This document shows, in pieces, positions 1 through 8,888 of a DNA stretch of 64,000 nucleotides. The translations under genes and the position numbers were made by a program. The notes below the pieces were generated by a model that saw only the letters and a program-made list of their open reading frames with translations, was not told the DNA's origin and did not search any database. The stretch's first letter is position 1. Each line of letters opens with the position of its first letter. The stretch is taken from NCBI GenBank assembly GCA_963695095.1, contig CAVOFT010000001.1, positions 3,328,001-3,392,000 on the forward strand. Reading direction: 5' to 3'. The DNA comes from an uncultured bacterium. Its GTDB lineage: Bacteria > Krumholzibacteriota > Krumholzibacteriia > JACNKJ01.

Positions 1-1
1 A

Positions 2-646
2 GCAGTTCGCCTCAACGGCTCCGGCGGTGTGTACATGCGCGATTCCGAGGTCATCGATGCGGGCGACATGGGCGTCTACATCCCCGGCAAGACGGCAACG
101 GCGGAGCTCGGCTACATCCTGAGTCCGCCGGTCGCCGGGATGTACGGGGACAACTGCATCGACACCGCCGACTCGACGGACTACCGCGTCTACAACCGGA
201 GCAGCTACACCGCCATGGCGGTGGGCAACTACTGGGGTACGGCGAGTCCGACCTCCGGGCTCTTCTATGGCAGCGTGGCCTGGCAAGACTCCATCGCAAC
301 GACGTGCCCGGGCGGCACGGGCGGCCCGGACCTGAGCATCGTTGCCTTGCCGGGGGCTTCGCCGCGGGCGCTGGCCCTTGGCCAGCCGGTGCCCAATCCC
401 TTCAATCCGAGCTGCGAGCTGAAGTTCACTCTGCCTGCGAGCGGCGCCGCTGCAACGCTGACGATCTACGATCTCAGTGGCCGGCATCTCGCCACGCTGT
501 TCAGCGGGCGGGCCGATGGCCGTGAGCACAGCCTGCGCTGGGACGGTCGCGATGAGCGAGGCCATCCCGTGAGCTCGGGGGTGTACTTCGCCAAGCTGAG
601 CATCGGCTCTGATAGCCAGAGCCGCAAACTCGTGGTCCTGAAGTAG
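2..646 (+). CDS. Secreted protein, 3' part only, with C-terminal FlgD-Ig/T9SS-like sorting domain
   Basis: Frame is open from base 2. The NYWG motif is typical of beta-helix protein ends. C-terminus PNPFNP...IYDLSGR...WDGRDERG..VSSGVYFAKL...RKLVVLK*. Confidence 0.85.
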   Translation, partial: AVRLNGSGGVYMRDSEVIDAGDMGVYIPGKTATAELGYILSPPVAGMYGDNCIDTADSTDYRVYNRSSYTAMAVGNYWGTASPTSGLFYGSVAWQDSIATTCPGGTGGPDLSIVALPGASPRALALGQPVPNPFNPSCELKFTLPASGAAATLTIYDLSGRHLATLFSGRADGREHSLRWDGRDERGHPVSSGVYFAKLSIGSDSQSRKLVVLK

Positions 647-657
647 GAGGTGTGGCC

Positions 658-1156
658 ATGCGCAGAATCTTCGCAGTTCTCGTGACGCTGCTCGTCCCCG
701 CGCTGGCCGGGGCGGCGGTGCTCGAGATTCCCGTCAGCACGCAGTCCGTTGGTGTGCTCAGCTACGGCGAAGGCACGCTGGAGACCTTCACCCTGAACCT
801 GGGCGACCTCGCGGCCGAGGATCTGCTCGAGGCCTCGCTCGAGCTGCTCCTTGCACCTGAGGCCCCGCAGGGCGCCCGCTTCGTTGAGGTGCAGACAGCG
901 GCCTGGGTGTCCGGCGCACCCGTGATGCCCGCCGGCCAAACGGAGTACGTGGCCGAGCTGGCCGCCGACCGCGACGAGGACGCCACGGTCTACCTGGACA
1001 TCACGCCGATCCTGGCCGATGCCCTGGCAGCGCGAGCAGTCCGAACCCACGCTCGTGGTGGGCGCGATCGCCGAGGACGCTCTACCGGGGGCCACGGTGA
1101 TCCCCTGGGACGGTAGCCAGGGCATCTACGGCATCGTGCGAATCCTCAGGAAGTAG
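658..1156 (+). CDS. Hypothetical secreted protein (probable 1-nt insertion near 1030)
   Basis: AGGAGG RBS at 645-650, ATG 658, signal peptide MRRIFAVLVTLLVPALAGA. After ~1030 the shifted frame reads EQSEPTLVVGAIAEDALPGATVIPWDGSQGIYGIVRILRK* (stop 1156), whereas the original frame becomes low-complexity. Confidence 0.65.
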
Positions 1157-1184
1157 GGCGTCAGCAGCCCGACAGCGAATCGAA

Positions 1185-1214
1185 CCCGGGAGTTGCCACG
1201 TGGCAACTCCCGGG
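1185..1214. repeat. Perfect 30-bp palindrome with no spacer
   Basis: CCCGGGAGTTGCCAC|GTGGCAACTCCCGGG equals its own reverse complement. Confidence 0.95.
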
Positions 1215-1270
1215 CCTGGCATGCGTGGTGTGTGCGCTGTGACCGCCGCGGCCCGCCCTCGATGCGGCAA

Positions 1271-1336
1271 GGGATGCGAAGGCCCTCCCCGACAACTCCT
1301 GTGAAGCGGAGTTGGAGGGGAGGGCCTTCGCATCCC
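1271..1336. terminator. Long hairpin between convergent genes (terminator or RNA-stabilising structure)
   Basis: 20-bp perfect stem 1271-1290/1317-1336 plus inner stem CAACTCC/GGAGTTG. There is no clear U-tract, so the function is uncertain. Confidence 0.6.
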
Positions 1337-1373
1337 AGGAGGTATGGTGAGCGAGCCGCAGCGGGCGCGCGCC

Positions 1374-4208
1374 TTACTTGACGAGAATGATCTTCTGCAT
1401 CGCCTGCTCCGCGCTGCCGTCCGCACCGCGCAGCGAAAGCCGCGCCAGGTAGATGCCGCTGGCCAGGGGCTCGCCCGCTTCGTCGCGCGCCAGCCAGGTG
1501 GCGCGGTGCCCGCCGGAGCCCAGGGCCTCGCCGTCGAGCACCGTGGACACCAGGCGCCCCGAGGACTCGAAGATCTCCAGCGTCACCTCGCCCGCCGCCG
1601 GCAGGCTGAAGGTGAAGGTGGTCTGCGGATTGAAGGGATTGGGATAGGCCCCGGCAAAGACGAGGCCCACCGGCGCCGCACCCGCGCCGGTGCTCGGCGC
1701 CGTGAGCGCCGACTCGAAGGCGCCCAGGTCGGGCGCGCTGCCTGCGGGTCGAGGCCGCGCCTCGCCCGCCAGGTCCAGGGCCGGCGCCCCCGCCGGATCG
1801 CCGGCGCCCAGGCAGGGGCTGTCCTCCGCGAGCTGGAAGTCTCCGCCGGCCGCATCGACGAAGCGGGGATCGGCGCTGAGCTGCGTCGGCCCGCCGAGAC
1901 CCCCGGCCACCAGGCAGCTGCGCAGCTCGGCCCGCCCAGCAGCCAGGACCTCCGCCGCCACCGGGGCGAGATTGCCCCAGAGAATCGAGTTGCTGATCTC
2001 GGGCGCGGGCCCCGCGGCCGCGAGCAGCGCCAGGGCGCCGCCGCGCTCGCCGGCGCGGTTGCCCCAGCAGGTGAGCTGGCTGGCCGAGAAGCGGCCGCCA
2101 TCCACGCGCAGGGCGCCCCCCACCGGGGCCTCGTTGTCCGCGAAGAGGCAGTTGGTGACGAGCAGGTCCGCGCCCGGCGCTTCCCAGGCCAGGGCGCCGC
2201 CGCCGCGCAGGTCCCCGGGGCCGCTCTCCACCACGTTGCCGCTGAAGCGAAGGGCATCGAGCCCGGCGCTCACGCCCAGCAGCGCCATCGCGCCGCCGCG
2301 CAGCCCGGCGCGGTTGTCGAGGAAGCGGCAGCGGGCCGCGGCCAGCATGCCGCCGGCCTGACTGAGGGCTCCCCCTTCGGCGGCGGCCGTATTGGCCGCC
2401 AGCACGCAGCCGTCCAGCTCCACGCTGCCGCCGGCGACGTGCAGGGCGCCGCCGCTGCCGCCGCTGCGATTGTCGCGCAGCACGCAGCGCAGCATGCGCA
2501 GCGCGGCGTCCGTCCAGATCGCCCCGCCGCCGCCCTGCTCGGCCACGACCGTGCAGCCGGCCAGCTCGCAGTCCTCCAGGCTGAGGGCCACGCCCTCGCT
2601 GAGGATGGCGCCGCCGCGCTCGGCATCCAGGCCGTTCCAGAGGCTGAGACCCTGCAGCTTCAGGCGCGGCGATGCTCCAGGCGCTCCCGTGACGGCGAGC
2701 CGGAAGTGGCGCCGCTTGCCGCCCGCGTCCAGGATCGCGCTGCCGGCTTCGCTCGCAGCCCTGATCACCAGGTCCTTGCTTCCCGTGAAGAGCTCCGTGT
2801 TCATGCTGCCGCCGTAGCGACCGGGCAGGATCAGCACCGTGTCGCCGCTGGCGGCGGCGTTCAGGGCGAGCTGGATGGCGGCGAAGGGGCGCTCCGCGCT
2901 GCCGTCGCCCTCGTCGACGCCATGCTGGGCCGCGGCATCCACCCGCCAGAGCGGACCGGCGAAGGCCACGTCGATCCCGCCGGCGAGAAGGGCCAGGTCC
3001 TCCCGGCCGGCGGCATCGCGCACGCGCACCGTGGGCTGGTAGCGCCCGGGCCGGCGGAAGACGCGGCTGTGCGGCCCCGGCCCGGTGGCGTCCACCGTGC
3101 CGTCGCCGTCGAAATCCCACTCCCAGCTGCTCAGGCTCGACGCCGCCGTCAGCGAGCGATCCATGAACTGCGCCGCCTGCCCGCTCTGCAGGCGCTGGGC
3201 GGAGACCGCCATCGCCGCGAAGGGGCCCATGCCCTCGGGCGCGAAGGCGACCGAGCGCGTCCAGTCCCCGAAGCCGCAGCCGGCCACATAGGCGATGCGG
3301 AAGAAACCGCCCTCGCCCCAGCTTTCGCCCCAGCTGTTCTTGGCGATGAAGCAGCTCTGCGCGTCGTCGTAGCCGATGATCGCCACCGCGTGGTAGCCGA
3401 CCAGGGGGCCGGAGGCCCGGTAGACGCCCCCGGCGTAGGCGAAGAAGCCCTCGTGCACGGCCATGGTGGTGATCAGGGGGCCCTGCTCCCGCAAGGCGCG
3501 CTTGATCGCCAGGGGATCGGCAGCGGCGCAGACGAGGCCGGCCGGCGCAAAACGGAAGCGCCGGGCAGCGCTATCGGGACAGGCGAGCCGCTCGGTCGCG
3601 GCGTAGGGCAGACGGCCTTCCTCGAGGAGGCCCTCGCTCTCGGCCAGCCAGAGCGCGTCCTCGGGCCAGCCGCCCGCACAGCCCTGGCTGAGTCCGTAGT
3701 CGTCCAGGCAGGAGAGCAGCTGCTGCTCGGCGAGATCGAAGTCGGGCAGCTTTCCTCCCCGCAGCGCGCGCAGGAAGGCACTCTCGAGGGCGGCCGTGCT
3801 GGCGAAGGCCCACCCGGCCGCGCAGGGGCCCTGATCCCGCACCCCGCTGACGAAGTTGCCATTGGCCGCCCGCCAGTCGAGCCGGGCCGGCAGGCCGGCC
3901 TGGGCGCCCGGCCGCAGCGGGGCCGATGGATGCCGGGGGGGCTCGGGCCAGGGCCGCTCGCTCAGCCGCGCGCGCCGCTCGCTCGGGTCCAGGCGGAGCA
4001 TCCCGGTCTCGCCGGCCTGCCAGCGCAGCCCCTCACGCGCCAGGGCCGCCCGCAAGGTGCCCAGCTCCGCCTGCAGCGCCGCCCGGCGGCCGGCCCCCAG
4101 GGTGTCGGGCCCCAGCACCGGCGCCTGCGGCCCGGCCGCCCCGGTCGCCGCGGAGACAGCGAGGGCGATCAGCAGAGCGCAGAACCCAAGGGACCGTTGC
4201 CGGCGCAA
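1374..4208 (-). CDS. Secreted C1A papain-fold domain (catalytic Cys replaced by Gly) + PKD + parallel beta-helix + FlgD-Ig/T9SS-like CTD
   Basis: TTG start 4208 with AGGAG RBS and signal peptide. Motifs LPARLDWR, VRDQGPCAAGWAF, GYHAVAIIGY, KNSWGESWGEGGF. PKD motif WEWDFDGDG. Repeated N.A..GGA beta-helix motifs. PNPFNP CTD. Confidence 0.9.
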   Translation of the reverse strand: MRRQRSLGFCALLIALAVSAATGAAGPQAPVLGPDTLGAGRRAALQAELGTLRAALAREGLRWQAGETGMLRLDPSERRARLSERPWPEPPRHPSAPLRPGAQAGLPARLDWRAANGNFVSGVRDQGPCAAGWAFASTAALESAFLRALRGGKLPDFDLAEQQLLSCLDDYGLSQGCAGGWPEDALWLAESEGLLEEGRLPYAATERLACPDSAARRFRFAPAGLVCAAADPLAIKRALREQGPLITTMAVHEGFFAYAGGVYRASGPLVGYHAVAIIGYDDAQSCFIAKNSWGESWGEGGFFRIAYVAGCGFGDWTRSVAFAPEGMGPFAAMAVSAQRLQSGQAAQFMDRSLTAASSLSSWEWDFDGDGTVDATGPGPHSRVFRRPGRYQPTVRVRDAAGREDLALLAGGIDVAFAGPLWRVDAAAQHGVDEGDGSAERPFAAIQLALNAAASGDTVLILPGRYGGSMNTELFTGSKDLVIRAASEAGSAILDAGGKRRHFRLAVTGAPGASPRLKLQGLSLWNGLDAERGGAILSEGVALSLEDCELAGCTVVAEQGGGGAIWTDAALRMLRCVLRDNRSGGSGGALHVAGGSVELDGCVLAANTAAAEGGALSQAGGMLAAARCRFLDNRAGLRGGAMALLGVSAGLDALRFSGNVVESGPGDLRGGGALAWEAPGADLLVTNCLFADNEAPVGGALRVDGGRFSASQLTCWGNRAGERGGALALLAAAGPAPEISNSILWGNLAPVAAEVLAAGRAELRSCLVAGGLGGPTQLSADPRFVDAAGGDFQLAEDSPCLGAGDPAGAPALDLAGEARPRPAGSAPDLGAFESALTAPSTGAGAAPVGLVFAGAYPNPFNPQTTFTFSLPAAGEVTLEIFESSGRLVSTVLDGEALGSGGHRATWLARDEAGEPLASGIYLARLSLRGADGSAEQAMQKIILVK

Positions 4209-4441
4209 ACCTGCTCCTGACCGAGTTGTGGGGGGGTGTGTGCGTTGGGGAGTAGAGTGTAGCCTGAGTCGGGCCCTCGCGCGAGGGGCGCCGGGCGGGC
4301 AAGGGCAAAATACCGGTCCAGTCCTGTCGAAGCTGGAGATATCCAGTGTTGCAATTGAGAGATGTGGCAAGAAACAAGGCAATATCGGCCACTGCTCGGA
4401 GGCCGAGGGAGTGGGAAGGTAGCGGACAGCCCGGTCCGCAC

Positions 4442-5200
4442 TCATCGGAGGGCCTTGACCGCCAGGAAGACGAGGCGCCTGGCGTCGAGTTCGAAGGGCG
4501 CGCCCTCGTAATCGCCGAAGGCGCGGCAGTCGCCCAGGTTCTCGGCCTCGGCGAGGGCGCACAGCTCGCGCAGCGTGTAGAGCCGGATGCTGCTCCTGGC
4601 GCGCCGGCGCCGGCCGCCCTCCTTCGGGAAGAGGGTCCAATCCGTTTCCACGCGCCCCGCCAGCGCGTCGTAGCGGGTCTGGTTGGTGAGGATGACGCCG
4701 CCGCGCTCGCTCCACTGCTGGCGCGCGAAGCTGGGGAAGATCGTCTCCGGGCTGTGCAGGTCCATGGCAAGGACGCCGCCCGGCTTGAGCGCCCGGGCGA
4801 GCGCGCGCAGCTGGCGGCGATTGCCCTCTTCGTCGAAGTAGCCGAAGCTGCCCCACCAGCACAGCGCGAGATCGAAGCGTTCGCGCCAGCGGACGCGCCG
4901 CATGTCACCCTCCACCCAGTCCAGCTCGAGCCCCTCGGCCCGCGCCTTGCGCCGGCCGGCGGCGAGCAGGGCGGGCGTGGCGTCGAGCCCGGTCACCCGG
5001 TAGCCGCGGCGCGCGAACTCGCGGCCCAGGCGACCGTCCCCGCAGGGCGCGTCCAGCACGCGCAGGGGCGGCCGCAGGTCGAGCACGGCCTCGAGCAGGT
5101 CCACCGCGGGGCGGACCAGGGCCGGCTCGTCCATGGCCAGCTGGTAGCGCAGCCAGGGGCCGCTGAAGAAACGCTCCCACCACTCGCGCCGCTGGGCCAT
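4442..5200 (-). CDS. Class I SAM-dependent methyltransferase
   Basis: Motif I VLDAPCGDGR, VTGLD, EGDMR, SFGYFD, LKPGG. Start overlaps the GNAT stop (TGATG). Confidence 0.9.
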   Translation of the reverse strand: MAQRREWWERFFSGPWLRYQLAMDEPALVRPAVDLLEAVLDLRPPLRVLDAPCGDGRLGREFARRGYRVTGLDATPALLAAGRRKARAEGLELDWVEGDMRRVRWRERFDLALCWWGSFGYFDEEGNRRQLRALARALKPGGVLAMDLHSPETIFPSFARQQWSERGGVILTNQTRYDALAGRVETDWTLFPKEGGRRRRARSSIRLYTLRELCALAEAENLGDCRAFGDYEGAPFELDARRLVFLAVKALR

Positions 5201-5631
5201 CAGTCCTCCCTGAACACCTTGCTCACGCAGAACAGCTCGCTGCGCCCATGGTAGCCGAGGGCTTCGTAGAAGCCGAGCACGGAGCGGTTGGTCTCGAGCA
5301 CGGTGAAGGTGATCTTCACGACGCCCTCGCGCCGCCAGACGGCCTCGAGCGCCTCCATCAGCGCGCGGCCCAGCCCCTCGCCCTGGCGCTCGGGCGCCAC
5401 GGCCAGGTGCCAGAGATTGGCCCGGCGGCCGTCGAAGGTGCCCAGCGCGGCCCCCGCCAGGGCGCCGGCAGCATCCCAGGCGCCCAGGCAGGTCTCCGGG
5501 TTGCGGGCCAGGACGCGCGCCAGTTCGTCGAGACGATCGCTGGTGCCGAGCTCGATCCCCGCCCGCGCCCAGAGCGCGACGGCGGCCGGCAGGTCCGCGG
5601 CGGCCAGGGGCCGAATGCACAGGCCGCTCAC
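5200..5631 (-). CDS. GNAT family N-acetyltransferase
   Basis: LAVAPERQGEGLGRALM acetyl-CoA motif; N...LGFYEALGY. Confidence 0.9.
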   Translation of the reverse strand: MSGLCIRPLAAADLPAAVALWARAGIELGTSDRLDELARVLARNPETCLGAWDAAGALAGAALGTFDGRRANLWHLAVAPERQGEGLGRALMEALEAVWRREGVVKITFTVLETNRSVLGFYEALGYHGRSELFCVSKVFRED

Positions 5632-6938
5632 GGCGCCTCGCCCCGCTGCTCGCGCCGCCAGGCGAGGAACTCGCGGATGCGGGCCTCGTGGCCGTGGCCG
5701 CTCGGCTCGTAGTAGCGCCGCGCGCCGATATCCTCGGGGAAGTGGTCCTGGCGCAGGCCGCCCGCGCTGTCGTCGGGCGCGTAGACGTAGCCGTCCCCGT
5801 AGCCCAGCTCCTTCATCAGTCGCGTGGGCGCGTTGCGCAGGTGCAGGGGCACGGGGGCGTCGGGCAGGGCCTCCACGTCCGCGGCCGCGGCCTTGATCGC
5901 CGTGTAGACGCGGTTGCTCTTGGGCGCCGTGGCCAGGTAGAGCACGGTCTGCGCCACCGCGGTGTCGCCCTCGGGCAGGCCCAGGAAGTGCACGGCCTGC
6001 ATGCCGGCCACGGCGAGCTGCAGCGCGCGCGGGTCGGCGTTGCCCACGTCCTCGCTGGCGAAGCGCACGAGGCGGCGCATCAGGTAGAGCGGATCCTCGC
6101 CGCTGGCCAGCATGCGCGCCGCCCAGTAGAGCGAGGCGTCGGGGTCCGAGTCGCGCAGGCTCTTGTGCAGGGCGCTGATCAGGTTGTAGTGCTCCTCGCC
6201 CGCCTTGTCGTAGCGGTGGCTGCGCCGGCGCATCAGCTCGGCGGCGGCGGCCACCTCAAGTTGCGGCGGATCGCCCGCAAGGCTCGCCGCCAGCATCTCC
6301 AGCGAGTTGAGCGCCACGCGCGCGTCGCCGTTGCTGGCGCCGGCGATGAGCGCAAGGGCGCCCGGCTCGGCGACGACCCCCTGCGCGCCGAGGCCGCGCT
6401 CCGGGTCGGACAGCGCGCGCTCGAGCAGAACCAGGATGTCCTCCTCGTCCAGCGCCTGCAGGGTGAAGACCCGGCTGCGGCTGAGCAGCGCGCTGTTGAC
6501 CTCGAAGCTCGGATTCTCGGTGGTGGCACCGACGAGGATGATCGTTCCGTCCTCGACATGGGGCAGGAAGGCATCCTGCTGGGCCCTGTTGAAGCGGTGG
6601 ATCTCGTCGACGAAGAGCAGGGTGCGCCGGCCGCTGAGGGCCTGGCGGTCCCGGGCCGCGGCGACGATGGCGCGCACCTCCTTGACGCCGGAGGTGACGG
6701 CGCTGAAGGTGGCGAACTCCGCCGCGACGATGCCCGCCAGGATGCGCGCCAGGGTGGTCTTGCCCGTGCCCGGCGGTCCCCACAGGATGAGCGAGCTGGA
6801 CAGGGCCCCGCTCTCCAGGTAGCGGCGCAGGGGCTTGCCCTCGCCGAGGAGCTGGCGCTGGCCGAGGAATTCGTCCAGATCGCGGGGCCGCATGCGCTCG
6901 GCCAGAGGGGCCGGCGCCTTGCTCGCGAAGAGGTCCAT
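5628..6938 (-). CDS. rarA: Replication-associated recombination protein A (RarA/MgsA)
   Basis: PLAERMRP, Walker A GPPGTGKT, FVDEIHRFNRAQQDAFLP, GATTENPSF, ISALHKSLR.SD, ASEDVGNADP. Confidence 0.97.
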   Translation of the reverse strand: MDLFASKAPAPLAERMRPRDLDEFLGQRQLLGEGKPLRRYLESGALSSSLILWGPPGTGKTTLARILAGIVAAEFATFSAVTSGVKEVRAIVAAARDRQALSGRRTLLFVDEIHRFNRAQQDAFLPHVEDGTIILVGATTENPSFEVNSALLSRSRVFTLQALDEEDILVLLERALSDPERGLGAQGVVAEPGALALIAGASNGDARVALNSLEMLAASLAGDPPQLEVAAAAELMRRRSHRYDKAGEEHYNLISALHKSLRDSDPDASLYWAARMLASGEDPLYLMRRLVRFASEDVGNADPRALQLAVAGMQAVHFLGLPEGDTAVAQTVLYLATAPKSNRVYTAIKAAAADVEALPDAPVPLHLRNAPTRLMKELGYGDGYVYAPDDSAGGLRQDHFPEDIGARRYYEPSGHGHEARIREFLAWRREQRGEAP

Positions 6939-6986
6939 GCGGCCAGGATACCAGGGCGGGGCCCCGGGCACCAGGGCCTCCCCGGC

Positions 6987-8405
6987 TCAGCGCACCCGGA
7001 AATCCGCCGGCCGCAGACCCAGCTTCTTCAGCAGCCGGTAGATGGTCTGCCGGGGCAGGCTCGCCAGGCGCGCCACTTCCGTGATGTTGCCGCGGGCGGC
7101 GCGCAGCAGCATGGTGAAGTACTCGCGCTGGAATCGCAGCTCGGCAGCGGCCTTCGCCTGCTTGTAGGAAAAGCCGGCGTAGGTTTCCGGAGCGATGAGC
7201 TGGAAGTCCGAGGCGGCCAGGGTCCCGTCGCGCTGGCGGATGAGCGCATTCTCGATCACGGTGCCCAGCTCGCGCACGTTGCCCGTCCAGGGCTGGCGCT
7301 GGAGCAGGCGCAGGGCCTCGATCTCGAGCGCCGGCACCGGGCGCTTCATCTCCCTCGCCTTGAGGGCGATCAGATGGTGGGCGAGCGGCTCGATGTCCTC
7401 GACGCGCTCGCGCAGAGGAGGCAGGTGCAGGCGCAGACCCAGCTGGAGCAGCAGGGGCTGCAGGAGGCGCCGCTCGCGCACTTCCCGCACGGGATCGCGA
7501 CTGCTGCCGGCGACGATCCTGGCTCGCAAGGGAATCTCCTGCCGGCTGCCCAGGGGGCGGAAGCGGCGCTCGGTGAGCATCCGGCTCAGCTTGTGCTGCA
7601 CTTCCAGGCTCAGCTCGGCGATCCCATCGAGGTAGACGAGCCCCTGCCCCGCTTCCTGGAGGCGGCCGACGCGGCGGCGATGAGCGTCGGCGAAGGCGCC
7701 CTGCTCGTGGCCGAAGAGCTCGCTCTCCAGGAGCGTCGGCGAAAAGGCGGCGCAGTTGATCGCCAGGAAGGGCTCGCTGGAATGCGCCCCGAGGGCATGC
7801 AGGGCGCGCGCACAGAGCTCCTTGCCCGTGCCGCTCTCACCGGTGACCAGCGCCGGCCGATCGCAGGAGGCAAGGCGCCGGATCTCCTCGCGCACGCGGA
7901 CGATGGCCGGGCTGTTGCCCAGCAGCTCCACCGCAGCGCCCTCGCCCGGCGCCTGAATGCGGATGCGCCCGCGGCGCAGCTCCAGGGCCGTGCGCAGGAT
8001 CAGCTTGAGCTCCTCCTCGCTCCAGGTCTTGGAGATGTAGTTGACGGCGCCCAGGCGCATGGCGCGCACGACGTTTCTCGGCTCGATGTGTTCCGAGATG
8101 ATGATCACCGGGATCTCGGGGTAATTGATCTGTAGATCTTCCAGGAGGTCGAACCCGGCCAGGAAGCGATCGAACTGCAGGTCGAGCAGGATCACCTCGA
8201 CGCTGTGCCCCAGGAGGTACTGCTGGGCTTGGCCGGGGCTGGCCACGTAGTCCAGCTCGTAGTCGCTGTCGAGCGCCATGTGCATGTCCGTCAGGAAGGG
8301 CTCGGGGACATCGTCTACCAGGAGAATGCGCGCCTTGGCGGCATCGGCGCCGTCGGCGATTCTCAGCGCGGTGCCATGGACGCTGTCGCCGGGCTCGAGC
8401 CCCAT
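6987..8405 (-). CDS. NtrC-family response regulator (REC-AAA+-Fis HTH) with degenerate sigma54-activation motifs
   Basis: REC (LLVDD, LLDL, YISK), Walker A GESGTGKE, ESELFGHE, PPLRER, GNVREL and C-terminal HTH are present. GAFTGA reads GAFADA and Walker B reads LDGI. GGAGG RBS before ATG 8405. Confidence 0.92.
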   Translation of the reverse strand: MGLEPGDSVHGTALRIADGADAAKARILLVDDVPEPFLTDMHMALDSDYELDYVASPGQAQQYLLGHSVEVILLDLQFDRFLAGFDLLEDLQINYPEIPVIIISEHIEPRNVVRAMRLGAVNYISKTWSEEELKLILRTALELRRGRIRIQAPGEGAAVELLGNSPAIVRVREEIRRLASCDRPALVTGESGTGKELCARALHALGAHSSEPFLAINCAAFSPTLLESELFGHEQGAFADAHRRRVGRLQEAGQGLVYLDGIAELSLEVQHKLSRMLTERRFRPLGSRQEIPLRARIVAGSSRDPVREVRERRLLQPLLLQLGLRLHLPPLRERVEDIEPLAHHLIALKAREMKRPVPALEIEALRLLQRQPWTGNVRELGTVIENALIRQRDGTLAASDFQLIAPETYAGFSYKQAKAAAELRFQREYFTMLLRAARGNITEVARLASLPRQTIYRLLKKLGLRPADFRVR

Positions 8406-8406
8406 C

Positions 8407-8661
8407 TCAGCGACCTCCCCGCCGGTTCGCGCGCTGGCGCTTGCCCTTGGGCCCCAGCTCCGGATAGAGGGGGATGATGGGGGCCAGTCGACTCTCGACG
8501 CCGACCGCTTCATGGGAAAGCGCCGCGATCCCCGCCCGCAGGAAGCAGCGCACCCAGCGATTGAGGGTGCGCGACGGCAGTCGCCGGGCCTGGGCCAGCG
8601 CGGGAATTTCCGCCCCGCGGAGAACTTCGAGAACGAGCTCGGCCTTGTCATTGAGTGTCAT
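8407..8661 (-). CDS. Small HTH protein (DUF1153/SciP-like or transposase-type HTH)
   Basis: KAELVLEVLRG...ALAQ...TLNRWVRCFLRAGIAAL. G-rich RBS. Its stop is one base from the regulator start. Confidence 0.65.
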   Translation of the reverse strand: MTLNDKAELVLEVLRGAEIPALAQARRLPSRTLNRWVRCFLRAGIAALSHEAVGVESRLAPIIPLYPELGPKGKRQRANRRGGR

Positions 8662-8888
8662 GTTGATCCCCCCATTGGCCCGGCCCGGGCGGGATCGCAC
8701 ACGCGGCCAGCGTTTCTTCAACATCGGTGTGACACTGGAGTAGAAACCCCTTCGTCGAGCCTTGCTGGGATTGTCTCAATTAGACTAGGCCCTCCTGCCT
8801 GGGTGCTCAAGCCGGTAGCTAGTTCCGTACACAGAAAGGTGACACTCCTCGGGAGGAAGAATCACAGCGGAGGGAAGATTCTTGGAAG

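Noticed and set aside
1344..4220. Long antisense or alternate-frame ORFs (958 aa here; also 5688-8135, 13734-17657, 27885-31682, 34818-36827, 47907-50525)
   Set aside because: They shadow genes with clear motifs and are Arg/Ala/Gly/Pro-rich; stop codons are rare at this GC content.
4209..4862. N-terminal extension of the 1162-aa ORF
   Set aside because: It overlaps the methyltransferase in another frame; the RBS and signal peptide indicate TTG 4208.
4442..6938. rarA-GNAT-methyltransferase as output of the sensor system
   Set aside because: Co-oriented and 48 bp from the regulator, but these are common genes and nothing else in the sequence links them.
8407..8661. IS element or transposase
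   Set aside because: HTH only; no DDE ORF, terminal inverted repeats or target duplication seen.
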